Part shown: piece by piece, positions 55,201 to 64,000 of the stretch
Layout of the letters: each line of letters opens with the position of its first letter
How positions within the stretch are numbered: position 1 is the first letter of the stretch
Source: Candidatus Poribacteria bacterium
GTDB lineage: Bacteria; Poribacteria; WGA-4E; WGA-3G
Direction: 5' to 3'
Assembly: GCA_028820635.1 (NCBI GenBank)
Contig: JAPPIG010000101.1
Location: forward strand, 17,484-81,483
Length of the DNA stretch: 64,000 nucleotides
Translations under genes and position numbers: made by a program
The notes under the pieces: model-generated
The model's database searches: none
What the model saw: only the letters and a program-made list of their open reading frames with translations
What the model was told of the DNA's origin: nothing

Positions 55201-58200
55201 CGGTGAAATAAAATTTCAAGATAACACACTACATATCAAACCTTTTCAAATGCTAGTCCTGAATAGCCCGTTCGAGATAGGCGGAAATATAGTAATTGAT
55301 GAAAATGAATTTAACAATTCCAAACTAAATTTTAAAATCATAAGCGACAATCTTGATTTAGCAAAGTTGTCAGATTTACTCAGGAAAAGTCTGCCCGTTG
55401 AGACAGTGAAACGCCTTACGTCTAACAAATCTGCCTTAATTGCAGGAAATATTGGGGCTGTGCTAAATGTGGCAGGAACCGTTACTGAACCTATTGTTGA
55501 TTTAAACACACATACAATTGAAAATCACCCTATTCGTCTTGGTGCATTTGCAGAACCGATTACACTGAACAAATTGCGCGCACTAACTACTATTAGAAGG
55601 CAATCAATGCAAATACAGGACTTAATTGCCAATGGACAGATCGGAAAAGGCATATTTCAGATAAATGGTGACACTCTATTTTCAACCAAAAACAGAGACA
55701 AAATGACGTTTGACTTAGATATGTCTGTTGAGAAACTGGAGGTAGGAGATTTTATAACGTTTTACCAGCAAACTTCTCCCTTAAGTGGTACAGTGAGCGG
55801 CTCTGTGAAGTTAACAGGAACAGGTTTCACCAGCGATCTTTTAACAGCAATATGTAAAATAAATGAACTCAATTTACAAGCACATGATTATAGAATTTAT
55901 AATACCGTACCTATAGACTTCAAATTGAAAAATAATAGCGTTACTACTCTTCTTCCCTTACAGATTGAGTCTTCTGCACTGGGATCCGCAGTTAAAATTG
56001 GTTTTGATGGTCCGCTTACTATGCCAAACATCACAGCGAAATGGCAGGGAACTTTCAAACACCCTTTAAAGCAAGCAACAAATTCACCTCTACAGTGGAA
56101 CGGTAATGCTGAATATGCAAACAAACAGATAAAATTGAGAACTGAACTAACTACTAACGGTGATAATTTAACCCTCAACGGAATAATTCCCTTTGATCTC
56201 ACTTTGGTACAGATCGATTTCTCAGAACGATTCCTTGAAGCACCTATAGAGGTACATCTTCGCAGTAATGAACTACCATTTACTTTTTTCCCAGGTATTG
56301 ATGCTGTTTTTTCGGAGACAGGAGAAGGTGTTGTGGATATTGATTTGACACTTCAAGGCACGACGCGAACGCCATATTTACAAGGGAATGTTAATTTGCA
56401 GGCTCCAAAAATCGGTTTCAAGAATTTCAGTCAATCCTTTGAGAATGTTACAGTCCAACTCAAAGCACGTAGAGGTGTTCTTGAGTTGGCAAAGTTTCAA
56501 TTTGATATAGAGGATGGAACTTGTAATCTTGAACAAAGTGAGTTGGAGCTTGATGGTTTAACTCCGAAATTTTTCTCGGCAAAAGGATTGTCAATAAAAC
56601 AGTATCCTCTCGGTACAATTCTGCGACAAGCACTACCTCAAGATATCTTTGAAGATGTGAATGGAAATGTAGCAGCTACGCTTAGGGAATTGAACATACC
56701 GCTTAAAAACTTTTTTGAAAGTGGCGAAAAATTCCCAATTCCGAAAATACGCGAAAAAATCTCTTTTGACGCTCTCACTCAGGTAGCAACAGCGGATTTT
56801 ACCATTGATAACATTTCCTTGGGTTTTACTATTACTACCTTAGATCAGCAATTCATTTTTGAAAATCCAGAACCCATTCCGATAACGTTAGGAAATGCTG
56901 GCACATTCACGGTCAATGGATTTAAGTTCGAAAATACTCTTCCAATTTCTTCTGATATAGCAGCGGATCCGCTTGTTTTCAGCTGTTACGGTAGATGGAA
57001 CATACAAGGTGATATATTTGCCAACCTGAAACTGGACAATTTCAATATCTCTATTTTAGATTCACTTTTACCTACGGAGTTTCGTGAGGCATATCAGAAG
57101 AAGGGAATGCTATCAACGACCATTGACATCAAAGGTTCTTATGCAGCACCTGAAATAACAGTGAAGTGTGTTGGACATGAACTTGCTATCAATAAAGCAA
57201 ACATTGATGAATTCTTTGCAGAACTACAATATAGTCCTGATGACCAACAGTGGACAATTTCTGATAAGTCTATCTTGAGATTTGGCGGGAATCAGCTCTC
57301 TTGCTCAGGGCATGTGCCTTATTTGCTTTCCTTATCTAACCTTCAAGCAAAACCGCTCTCCGAGGAAATGGAGGTTGAGATCGACTTTAAATTGGAGGAA
57401 CTTGAAATTTTGCATCTTTTGGAACCTCTTATTCAATCTGCAAGTGGAATAGGTTCAATCAATGCAACAGTCAGTGGAACGCCACAAGCCCCACGACTTA
57501 AAGGCGAGGGAAAATTTTCAAAACTTAAACTCTCCATCTCCAGTTCGCCTGTTTACTTTGAGAATACTAACGCACAGTTTGATTTCACTGAATCAAAACT
57601 TGAAATCATAGCCATTGAAGGTGAATTGAACAGTGGTGATTTTTCTGCAAGAGGTGAAATTGCCTTAAATTGGTTTGAAATAGATGATATTAACCTTGTA
57701 GCCAATTTAACAGACTGCACCTTTACCCAACCGCGTTTGTACGAGATCAACATAAATTCTGATGAGTTACGTCTACATGGAAAAATTGCAGATATGATTC
57801 TGGAGGGGCATATTAGAATCGACTCAGGGTACTACCGACAGGATTGGAATTGGGAAGACGTACTTAATGCTTTTTCTGCTGGTATTGTCCGAGAAGCAGA
57901 TCTATTCTCGTATGCTCCACTCTTGCGCGAACTTGACTTAGATGTAGATATTGATATACCAGACAACTTTCACTTACGTTCATCTACTGGTGGAAACACT
58001 GACATTGAAATCGCTTGTAGCGGTCAAATCACAGGTGCGTTTCAGGAACCACTTTTTACGGGTAATGTTTCCATCCTCAAAGGGAAAATTGGTATCATTA
58101 CACAGGTTTTTGAAATTGTAGGGGATTCAACGATTAGAAACTCAAGCACGACTGCCTTCAATCCAGAACTAAATATCTCCCTTGAAATTCCGAACCCAAT

Positions 58201-58558
58201 CCGTGGTGTCTTACTTAGAGACGGAAGCACAGCAGATCTAAAAATTACCGCAACGATAACTGGTATTCTCGAAAACGGCGATATTGACAAAGCGAAGCTT
58301 AATTTACATGCAGAACCACTTAATTCCTCCACAACTGAATTCTTGACAGAAGCAGATGTGCTTGCGCTCCTTTTACCGGGTAACTTTTTTTCACGATCAT
58401 TTGGCGGAATCACCTTCACTATTTCATCTGGTTTTGATCCCAATGAGCGCCACATTATTGCAGAATATCCATTACCTAAAAATATGTCCATAAAAGTAGA
58501 AGGTGATGAAAAGGGTGAAGTTGGCGTAGATATTCAACTGTTGGAGCGGCGATTCTAA
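52268..58558 (+). CDS. Giant TamB-like translocation and assembly module protein
   Basis: 2096 aa. N-terminal membrane anchor, long beta-rich repetitive body, and a C-terminal DUF490-like end (...NISLEIPNP...ITATITG...YPLPKNMSIKVEG). The start overlaps the tlyA stop (ATGA). Confidence 0.7.
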   Translation: MMKRQKRVFISIPLITLLIGIVGYFYISSDSFLNNFIKPRLEEALQKQVNKKHTVTFGELSGNIFTGVEVENFRIEDDEKLPILSTDEIVLKYYFWGLLQRKFLVTTLEINSPEFNLRRNSAGQVNLTQVFRESSQDSDASFAFAISKAAINGGKILFTDTQQNIKLSLPDIDIELQGRLEKWDHTGKLSIGKGDFILNGTELPIGQLTDIDFSLSVKSGQLLESLKLQLGNSLLEVQELKKNWDSGKWNTLVEITIDATDVQKFLGNDTQLAGFGKVKLDLNGTDSTLNGTLIGTSEALSIKQFPTDSSESKTRQIDIANLKIDTTLNFAEVAGMTLEEFTAEVAGGTLSGSGRVTFDNNSEGNLIERLQHFVKQPITYDSKWDISDVQLNLLLVMFGELSKQIPQLESGTFTGTALINGNTTRDFHLDSSVKLSDTRFLIKDESIPLNDSSLNWKISSEHTNGSNIRIDGTIDNTNVDINGSFDRFDVQLENVDFGKLSRILNSVPFKGIGSITAEIKKDGTATGHVEMPEAFYCHSDEDPIPLGRLAGNFRYENRVVYFENAHLTKQGGTSVSIEGNIGIDGKLPASFSIVADPLVLDADYNKLFFTVVYPIEGDIKGELNLYGHLIDHLDGSGNFVVNSGNAWGINFDPATLQLEIDNYSLAIPDFVIPTRGQQVILNVNVESNGDFNFTVKSSKDKPVQLVELARAADITDFPLDGKMSVNVESYQKKPQDLVFTTKFIFTDLTFEDNSLGDAYLDGILIEEKDHFEFTGKGLAGTTDIEGTISNALSNPYKFFLKSEKTAAPPILRIFHPALDAITGTIDSIVKIEGTITELVEPAKKSVHPYDVDIVINQTLLQYNSLRFTNSKTIRLTLEDDILTISDSSLSVNGEESPFIQLTGTIDTKTEKIDLYSKHNQILTLESLGTALGFPILGNVHYDLKIKGTFSDPIVDLKWTIPMLIQETEIGKISISDANGEIKFQDNTLHIKPFQMLVLNSPFEIGGNIVIDENEFNNSKLNFKIISDNLDLAKLSDLLRKSLPVETVKRLTSNKSALIAGNIGAVLNVAGTVTEPIVDLNTHTIENHPIRLGAFAEPITLNKLRALTTIRRQSMQIQDLIANGQIGKGIFQINGDTLFSTKNRDKMTFDLDMSVEKLEVGDFITFYQQTSPLSGTVSGSVKLTGTGFTSDLLTAICKINELNLQAHDYRIYNTVPIDFKLKNNSVTTLLPLQIESSALGSAVKIGFDGPLTMPNITAKWQGTFKHPLKQATNSPLQWNGNAEYANKQIKLRTELTTNGDNLTLNGIIPFDLTLVQIDFSERFLEAPIEVHLRSNELPFTFFPGIDAVFSETGEGVVDIDLTLQGTTRTPYLQGNVNLQAPKIGFKNFSQSFENVTVQLKARRGVLELAKFQFDIEDGTCNLEQSELELDGLTPKFFSAKGLSIKQYPLGTILRQALPQDIFEDVNGNVAATLRELNIPLKNFFESGEKFPIPKIREKISFDALTQVATADFTIDNISLGFTITTLDQQFIFENPEPIPITLGNAGTFTVNGFKFENTLPISSDIAADPLVFSCYGRWNIQGDIFANLKLDNFNISILDSLLPTEFREAYQKKGMLSTTIDIKGSYAAPEITVKCVGHELAINKANIDEFFAELQYSPDDQQWTISDKSILRFGGNQLSCSGHVPYLLSLSNLQAKPLSEEMEVEIDFKLEELEILHLLEPLIQSASGIGSINATVSGTPQAPRLKGEGKFSKLKLSISSSPVYFENTNAQFDFTESKLEIIAIEGELNSGDFSARGEIALNWFEIDDINLVANLTDCTFTQPRLYEININSDELRLHGKIADMILEGHIRIDSGYYRQDWNWEDVLNAFSAGIVREADLFSYAPLLRELDLDVDIDIPDNFHLRSSTGGNTDIEIACSGQITGAFQEPLFTGNVSILKGKIGIITQVFEIVGDSTIRNSSTTAFNPELNISLEIPNPIRGVLLRDGSTADLKITATITGILENGDIDKAKLNLHAEPLNSSTTEFLTEADVLALLLPGNFFSRSFGGITFTISSGFDPNERHIIAEYPLPKNMSIKVEGDEKGEVGVDIQLLERRF

Positions 58559-61500
58559 ATGTGTAAATTTGGTTTGAACCATACGCTAAAATCCTTGTCT
58601 GTTTGTTTGGTTAAGGGAAGTATATTTTGTGGACTAATACCAATAGTTCTCTATTTTTTTACCGTTGAACCTCTCTTCGGAGAAGTTACAGACACCTCTC
58701 AATTCCTTGATTCCTCACCTGAGATCTTCCAACAAAAGAAAGTTGTTAAAATTGAATATCTCATTGACGACCTCCCTGTAACAAATATTGAGGCACTTGA
58801 TAGTCTTAAAAAATTAACCAATGTAACGAATAGTTCACAGTTTTCGCGTTATGCTATCCAACAAAGTGTTAGTTCACTTTTTTTGTCACAAAGGTTCTCG
58901 CAGATTGATGTTTACACCTTACAAACACCTGAAGGGGTTGTGCTGAGATTTGATTTAAAAAATGTGATGCGCATCCAAAAAATTAAGATAACAGGTGAAC
59001 TGCCTGATGAACTTAGACAAGCAATCCGTGCTGCGATAAAATTGAAACTTGGGGCACGGTATGTACCCGTAATTGGTAAAAAAGATGTAGATTCTATCAA
59101 GCTGGTGTGTGCTGAAAACGGTTATTTTGATGCTGAGGTCAAAGAGAATACAATTGCTTCTGATGGAAGTTTAATATATCAGGTTGATTTAGGAAATCCT
59201 ACGGTTATTAAGAGTTTTAAGATTCTGGGTAATTCGGCGATATTCTCAGAACAGATTAAATCAATATGTAAAACCAGTGACGGAAAAGTTTATCGTAGGT
59301 CTGTTTTAGACAAAGATATTGAGAAAATTCGTGAACTTTATAGGAAGAAGTACTATCCGAGTGTAGAAATTGTTTCAACCTTTGCACATAAAACTGGCGA
59401 ATTGGAACTTGAAATAGTTGAAGGCACACAATTATTGCTTGATTTTGTAGATGAGAACGGAAAACCGATTATTCAAGACTCTCCGGTTCGCAATTTTTTG
59501 GCAAAATTAGGTATTAACACAAAAGAATCTGAAAGAGATCGACTCAGAGGCGAAATAACATTTTTAATAAATAACCGTCCTTTGTGGGAGGAAACCGTAC
59601 AAGATCACTTTGAAGCGGAGGGGTACCACGGAACCGAAGTAAAATCAAAGGTATTAACCAATTCTCCACTCCATGTTAAATTTACTGTTTTGCGGGGTAT
59701 CCGATATATAGTAACTGATGTTACATTTTCTGGAAACAACGCTTTTTCTGATGAGGAGTTGTTGCGCGAGATAGAGATGAAACCTCACCGTTCCATCTCT
59801 CGCCTCTTTCGCAAGCGTATTTTTTCTCAACAGACGCTTTTAAGAGATATACAACGTTTAACGATTTTATATGAAAAAACTGGATATCCTGATGCTGTGT
59901 TAAAGTTACCAATTCCAGAAAAACAGAGTTCTAATAACCGAAATTTTGGCAAAATTAAGATACATTATACGATAATTGAAGACCACAAAAAAGTGATTAA
60001 TCGTTGTCTGTTTAGTGGAAATGAGGTGTTAGACACGACTACGCTCCTGAATGCTTTGCCGAGTAAATCTCAAGAACCCTATGCACGGCTTATTCAGAAA
60101 AATTACGAAAACGCAATACTTAAAGCATATCAAGATCGGGGTTACATAGATGCAGAAATATTAGATACACAATACCTACACAAAACAGACGCACCCGTTT
60201 TTCAGATAGAAGGTAATTTTTCTGAACAATTGGATTCATGGACGCTGCCGGAAAAATTACGAGATGCATTTAAAAAACACAATTTATCGCATGCTGGAAC
60301 GTCTATTGCTACAAACATAGATGAAGAGTGGAGTATTCAAGATTTTGATGGTAACGCTCGTTATACGCTTGAGCAGGAAAAGAAGCATCTGTCAGTTTAT
60401 GAACACGGTATTTTACGATTTGAAATTTCTGAAGGAGCTCAAATAGTATTTGGCACGTTCAGTTTTGTAGGTGATACTGGGGTTAACACAAACATACTAA
60501 ATCGCGAGATTACGCATCTTCGGGGTGCCCTTTATACCCCAGACAAGTTAAGTCAAGCTATCCAAAACCTCTACAGTACGGGAGTTTTTGAACCTGGAAT
60601 CCGTGTAGGAGAACCTATAATTCCAACAGATTTTGACAGTCAACCAAGTTTTTCTTCAACACAACCGATAGTCAGAGATGTAGCAATTCTACTTCAAAAG
60701 AGGGCCCCACGCTCATACGGTGCAAGCATTGGTTATAGTTCTTCAGACGGACCACGCGGGACGATTGCCCTAAGCCATCTTAACCTCTTCAAACGAAATA
60801 TACGATTTCGATTACGCGGTAGAGGTGGAACACTCGGCTACCTCTATGATACGATTTTAACTGAACCTTGGCTCATAGGCAGAACAAGTGGTAGTTTGCA
60901 ATTCTTGGGAAGAAAATTGGAAGAAGACGACGGTGTTAGAGCACTACAAGGTAGTTTTAGTCTCAGTAGAAAGTTATCCAGATCACATCGACTCAATCTA
61001 CAATACAGTTTTCGTGATTTAAAAGATACTTCTGTGGCACCTCTGATTCCAAACCCATCAACTACGGTTAGCAGTCTTCGTCTCTTATGGAGACAAGATA
61101 GTCGTGTGCCATCTCTTAATCCAACATCTGGCATGTTAAACGAGGTTACAGTGGAATATGCGGGAGGATTTTTAGGTGGAAAAAGCAGCTTTACTAAAAT
61201 TATAACTGACACCCGCTATCATAGAAAACTAAGCGCACGTGGCCCTGTGTTAGCAACTGCCCTCCGATTAGGTTATACCCCAGGTCTCCAAGCTAAAGCT
61301 GGCAGCGATGCAGAACTAATTTCTTTTGAAAGATTCTGGGTAGGAGGCAGTACAACAGTTCGAGGTTATGAGGAACGGGGACTTGGACCTGAAGATATTA
61401 CTGGAAAACATCGGGGAAATGTGCAGTTCATCTTTAATACCGAATTGCGTTTTCCAATTTATACACCAATTGATGGGGTTTTGTTTTTTGATGCTGGCAA

Positions 61501-61675
61501 CGTATGGGACACTGCAAAAGATATTGAGTACGAATGGTTGCCTTCCTCTTTAGGTGTAGGTCTGCGATTAAACTTGGGGCCTCTTGTTGGAGGAATAGAT
61601 TATGCTGTGCCACTCATCTCTGTGTCTGGTGTTTCAACAGAGGTTTTCTATTTTCGCGTTGGTAGCACATTTTAG
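58559..61675 (+). CDS. Omp85-family (BamA/TamA-like) outer-membrane protein assembly factor, unusually long
   Basis: 1038 aa. Several POTRA-like repeats (e.g. IKITGELP..., FKILGNSAFSEQ..., VTFSGNNAFSDEEL..., CLFSGNEVLDTT...). The C-terminal barrel has RVRGYEE..GP, FFDAGNVW and a terminal Phe. The ATG immediately follows the tamB-like stop. Confidence 0.75.
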   Translation: MCKFGLNHTLKSLSVCLVKGSIFCGLIPIVLYFFTVEPLFGEVTDTSQFLDSSPEIFQQKKVVKIEYLIDDLPVTNIEALDSLKKLTNVTNSSQFSRYAIQQSVSSLFLSQRFSQIDVYTLQTPEGVVLRFDLKNVMRIQKIKITGELPDELRQAIRAAIKLKLGARYVPVIGKKDVDSIKLVCAENGYFDAEVKENTIASDGSLIYQVDLGNPTVIKSFKILGNSAIFSEQIKSICKTSDGKVYRRSVLDKDIEKIRELYRKKYYPSVEIVSTFAHKTGELELEIVEGTQLLLDFVDENGKPIIQDSPVRNFLAKLGINTKESERDRLRGEITFLINNRPLWEETVQDHFEAEGYHGTEVKSKVLTNSPLHVKFTVLRGIRYIVTDVTFSGNNAFSDEELLREIEMKPHRSISRLFRKRIFSQQTLLRDIQRLTILYEKTGYPDAVLKLPIPEKQSSNNRNFGKIKIHYTIIEDHKKVINRCLFSGNEVLDTTTLLNALPSKSQEPYARLIQKNYENAILKAYQDRGYIDAEILDTQYLHKTDAPVFQIEGNFSEQLDSWTLPEKLRDAFKKHNLSHAGTSIATNIDEEWSIQDFDGNARYTLEQEKKHLSVYEHGILRFEISEGAQIVFGTFSFVGDTGVNTNILNREITHLRGALYTPDKLSQAIQNLYSTGVFEPGIRVGEPIIPTDFDSQPSFSSTQPIVRDVAILLQKRAPRSYGASIGYSSSDGPRGTIALSHLNLFKRNIRFRLRGRGGTLGYLYDTILTEPWLIGRTSGSLQFLGRKLEEDDGVRALQGSFSLSRKLSRSHRLNLQYSFRDLKDTSVAPLIPNPSTTVSSLRLLWRQDSRVPSLNPTSGMLNEVTVEYAGGFLGGKSSFTKIITDTRYHRKLSARGPVLATALRLGYTPGLQAKAGSDAELISFERFWVGGSTTVRGYEERGLGPEDITGKHRGNVQFIFNTELRFPIYTPIDGVLFFDAGNVWDTAKDIEYEWLPSSLGVGLRLNLGPLVGGIDYAVPLISVSGVSTEVFYFRVGSTF

Positions 61676-61685
61676 GCATGTAAGA

Positions 61686-62642
61686 TTACTCTGATGGGTC
61701 ATAAGGTTTTCCTAATGCGAGTGGCGCCTCTGCTCGTCCTACAAAACCTGCCAACACCGCTAAACAAAGCACAAAGGGCAACATCAAAAACCACTGATAT
61801 TGGATATCCCAGCCAAATGCTTGGAATCGATTGTCCAGTGCGAATCCAAGCCCAAAAAGTAGTGCGGCACCACAGGCTTTCATTGGATGCCATTTTCCGA
61901 AGATTACTATCGCCAATGCAATAAAACCGCGACCCACTGTCATTCCAGGGGAGAAATAGGGCACATCTGCAAGTGATAGATAACCGCCGCCGATCCCAGC
62001 CATAGTTCCGGCAAACAATAGACACATCGTCCGTAATAGTGAGACGTTTGATCCAATAGTAGAAATCGCTTTCGGATGTTCACCACAAGCGCGAACTCTT
62101 AGACCGAGTTGTGTATGGTAAAGGAAAAAGTAGACGCAAGGGACCATCAGGAAAGCCAAGTAGACAATGATATTATGTGAAAATAGTGCTTCCCCAAAAA
62201 ATGGAATCTGCGAGAGCAATGGCACATCAAATTGTTTAAAATCTTGAACGCTATGTGAACTGCCCGTTTTCCCAAATAGTCGTTGATATACTACCTCTGT
62301 AAGACCTAAAGCCAATAGTGTTATTGCTGTGCCAATTACAACCTGATCTCCACGCAGTCTAATCGCAAAAAAGGCGAATAACGCAGCGGTAACTAATCCG
62401 CTCAATCCTGCAAATAAAAGACCATTCCACGGGGCAAGGAATGGTAGTTCAGCAGTATAAAAAGAACCCATCATCCCGAAAAGCGCACCGATGAGCATCA
62501 TGCCTTCAATGCCGATGTTTATCACACCAGCACGTTGTGAAACCACTTCTCCTAATGCAGCAAGTAATAGTGGCGTTGCTCCACGGATTGTAGCTGCAAG
62601 GATATCTTCAAGTATTGCTATAATATCCATTTCTTTTCGCAA
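61686..62642 (-). CDS. ABC transporter permease (BPD_transp_2, sugar/nucleoside type), without partner genes nearby
   Basis: TPLLLAALGEVVSQRAGVINIGIEGMML and at least 8 hydrophobic helices. No ATPase, SBP or second permease is adjacent on either side. Confidence 0.7.
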   Translation of the reverse strand: MRKEMDIIAILEDILAATIRGATPLLLAALGEVVSQRAGVINIGIEGMMLIGALFGMMGSFYTAELPFLAPWNGLLFAGLSGLVTAALFAFFAIRLRGDQVVIGTAITLLALGLTEVVYQRLFGKTGSSHSVQDFKQFDVPLLSQIPFFGEALFSHNIIVYLAFLMVPCVYFFLYHTQLGLRVRACGEHPKAISTIGSNVSLLRTMCLLFAGTMAGIGGGYLSLADVPYFSPGMTVGRGFIALAIVIFGKWHPMKACGAALLFGLGFALDNRFQAFGWDIQYQWFLMLPFVLCLAVLAGFVGRAEAPLALGKPYDPSE

Positions 62643-62981
62643 TGAGCAGATTTGGGCTTTCGTTGTTTCATCTGTAGGTTTTCGATTTTTTTTGTGAGTG
62701 TGCAGAGAGTGATAGATTTTTGACTAAAGGTAAGTTAATCCTATGATTAGGAATTTTGTTGGCATATATTTACCTAAAGTTTAGCGTAAAAGTCTTCACC
62801 TTTACATCAATTATACCGTATCCTGAGACTGTTTTCAACGACTATTTTAAGTCCCTACGTGCTACCACGATCTAAATAACACACTTATTCTATTAGATTG
62901 TTCTGCTATTTATCCTTGCGAATATATTTTGTTGGATTGTATAATCCATAATAGTAAAGAACCTGATAGAAGGCATAGATT

Positions 62982-63566
62982 ATGATTTTAAAATACGAAG
63001 GCATAAACGATTTTGTGAAGTATGCTCCTGATGAGATACCACAAAGTGATACAGGTGATTTGTCATTAAGGATTACTGATGATTTTACCTTTTCTGATGA
63101 ATTAGAACTAAAAGCAAATTTTTTTGATACGTTAAAAGACGTTATCGAAAAAATTGCTGAAAGACGATTTGATTTAATACTTTCTGTAGGGAATAGAGAT
63201 GAATCTTACTGTAATATAGATATAAATACTGATTTCTTTCTTTCTCCAGGTAAGCTGAGACGTGCTGAGGAAAGATGCACTGCATTCATTATTCAGTATG
63301 ATCAACCTCACTTACGATACAAGCTTGATGGTGTTGAAAGCAAAGATGTTCTGTTAATAATCAATCATCTCTACAATGATGTTTTTGACTATAACCTTAC
63401 GCAAGCGGACTTGCGCAGGGAATATCAGAAAGAACAAGACCTTATAGGAGAACAAGAAGAAGCTGAAGGTAAGAAGTTCAAAAGAGATGAAAAAAAGGTG
63501 TTTAAGTTTGTATCTACAACCATTAGATATAAACCACCTATTCCTGATATAAAGGAAGAAGAATAA
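62982..63566 (+). CDS. Hypothetical protein in an AT-rich region
   Basis: 194-aa ORF with an acidic/Lys-rich C-terminal tail. I recognise no motif. Confidence 0.35.
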   Translation: MILKYEGINDFVKYAPDEIPQSDTGDLSLRITDDFTFSDELELKANFFDTLKDVIEKIAERRFDLILSVGNRDESYCNIDINTDFFLSPGKLRRAEERCTAFIIQYDQPHLRYKLDGVESKDVLLIINHLYNDVFDYNLTQADLRREYQKEQDLIGEQEEAEGKKFKRDEKKVFKFVSTTIRYKPPIPDIKEEE

Positions 63567-63713
63567 ACTAAAGAAGCGTGCTAAAAATACAACTATAGGT
63601 GCAAGAAGCAATATTATCAATAGCTTTATTATTATCAGGATAATGTTCTTCACCTATTTTTTTGTGTTTATCAAAAAACCCTTTTATTTTACTTATTATT
63701 ACTCCTTTTAGAT

Positions 63714-63977
63714 CTATAGGGGCGTAATGTCCCTTCCAATACAAGTTGATCTATCTGAACGCTCCGTTTTTGATAAATCAAAGCGTGGGACCTCTTGACT
63801 ACCGCCTCTGACAACACGTTCTTCATCGTCTATAAGTATTGTCAAGATACCTTCAATAATTTCATAGGCAGTAGCTCCGCCTGTCCTACGAATGCCCAAT
63901 CGTTTACTAATCTCGTGTTGCCTTAGGTTGGGTTCGTAAAATAAGACTTCAAGGATAGCTTCCTTTAGGTAAGTCAT
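63714..63977 (-). CDS. Hypothetical small protein, possible winged-helix DNA-binding fold
   Basis: 87 aa. The segment LRQHEISKRLGIRRTGGATAYEIIEGIL resembles an HTH, but the evidence is weak. Confidence 0.3.
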   Translation of the reverse strand: MTYLKEAILEVLFYEPNLRQHEISKRLGIRRTGGATAYEIIEGILTILIDDEERVVRGGSQEVPRFDLSKTERSDRSTCIGRDITPL

Positions 63978-64000
63978 TCCAATTTGTGCAATTGATTTTG

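Noticed and set aside
63354-63653. 99-aa hydrophobic minus-strand ORF (MKNIILIIIKLLIILLLAP...).
   Set aside because: It mostly overlaps the 194-aa + strand ORF. Its Ile/Leu/Phe/Lys-rich composition is what AT-rich DNA yields in any frame.
1-64000. I looked for tRNA, rRNA, tmRNA, RNase P or riboswitch-like sequences in the larger intergenic gaps (11731-11955, 14879-15126, 16266-16790, 17595-18754, 33599-33968, 39038-39384, 43309-43804, 62643-62981).
   Set aside because: I found no T-loop (GGTTCGAATCC-like) or other recognisable conserved RNA core by eye. This is a weak negative and should be confirmed with tRNAscan-SE and Infernal.

Overview
Everything here was read by eye from the sequence and the ORF track; I ran no BLAST, HMM, folding or composition tools. 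The window looks like a chromosomal segment of an uncultivated diderm bacterium with moderate GC. It encodes BamA/TamB homologues, a PorV-like outer-membrane barrel and a protein with a T9SS/FlgD-Ig-type C-terminal domain. I saw no rRNA, tRNA, CRISPR array, transposase or integrase.

Gene content:
- Housekeeping genes: rsgA, uppS, thrB, an aspartate aminotransferase, pcm, sppA, selD, pyrE, xseA, xseB, dxs and tlyA.
- Accessory metabolism: a luciferase-like monooxygenase, a HAD-IIA hydrolase, three PhyH-type dioxygenases, an enolase-superfamily enzyme, two xylose-isomerase-like TIM barrels and an MlrC/M81 peptidase.

Main observations, most interesting first:
1. 39385-41765 (-) is a tightly coupled two-gene cassette. 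It pairs a P-loop ATPase fused to a PD-(D/E)xK nuclease with a zinc-finger/HNH/WYL-like protein. I regard it as a candidate undescribed defence system.
2. 4758-11730 (+) holds six tandem, individually translated paralogues of a 345-aa Gfo/Idh/MocA-type oxidoreductase. A seventh, divergent family member lies just upstream. Amino-acid divergence is concentrated in one 17-residue loop, and the putative catalytic Asp is substituted in two copies.
3. selD carries an in-frame UGA (45484-45486) that aligns with the catalytic Cys/Sec position. The ORF track therefore truncated this gene.
4. A 907-aa P-type ATPase homologue has DKTGT, TGES, KGAPE, MITGD and GDGVND all degenerate.
5. An ABC exporter has an N-terminal PH-like domain, a Gly/Arg-rich linker and a zinc ribbon, and is paired with a DUF1854 protein.
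6. SppA is fused to an N-terminal PorV-like beta-barrel-type domain, next to PorV-like and T9SS-CTD-like genes.
7. Intergenic DNA is dense with GTAG(G)-headed REP/REPIN-like palindromes of several sequence families. There is also a co-travelling hairpin that shows compensatory base changes, and MITE-like elements with TAACGTGAGTT termini.

Several ORF-track starts are over-extended through the ribosome-binding site. The corrected starts are given in the features.
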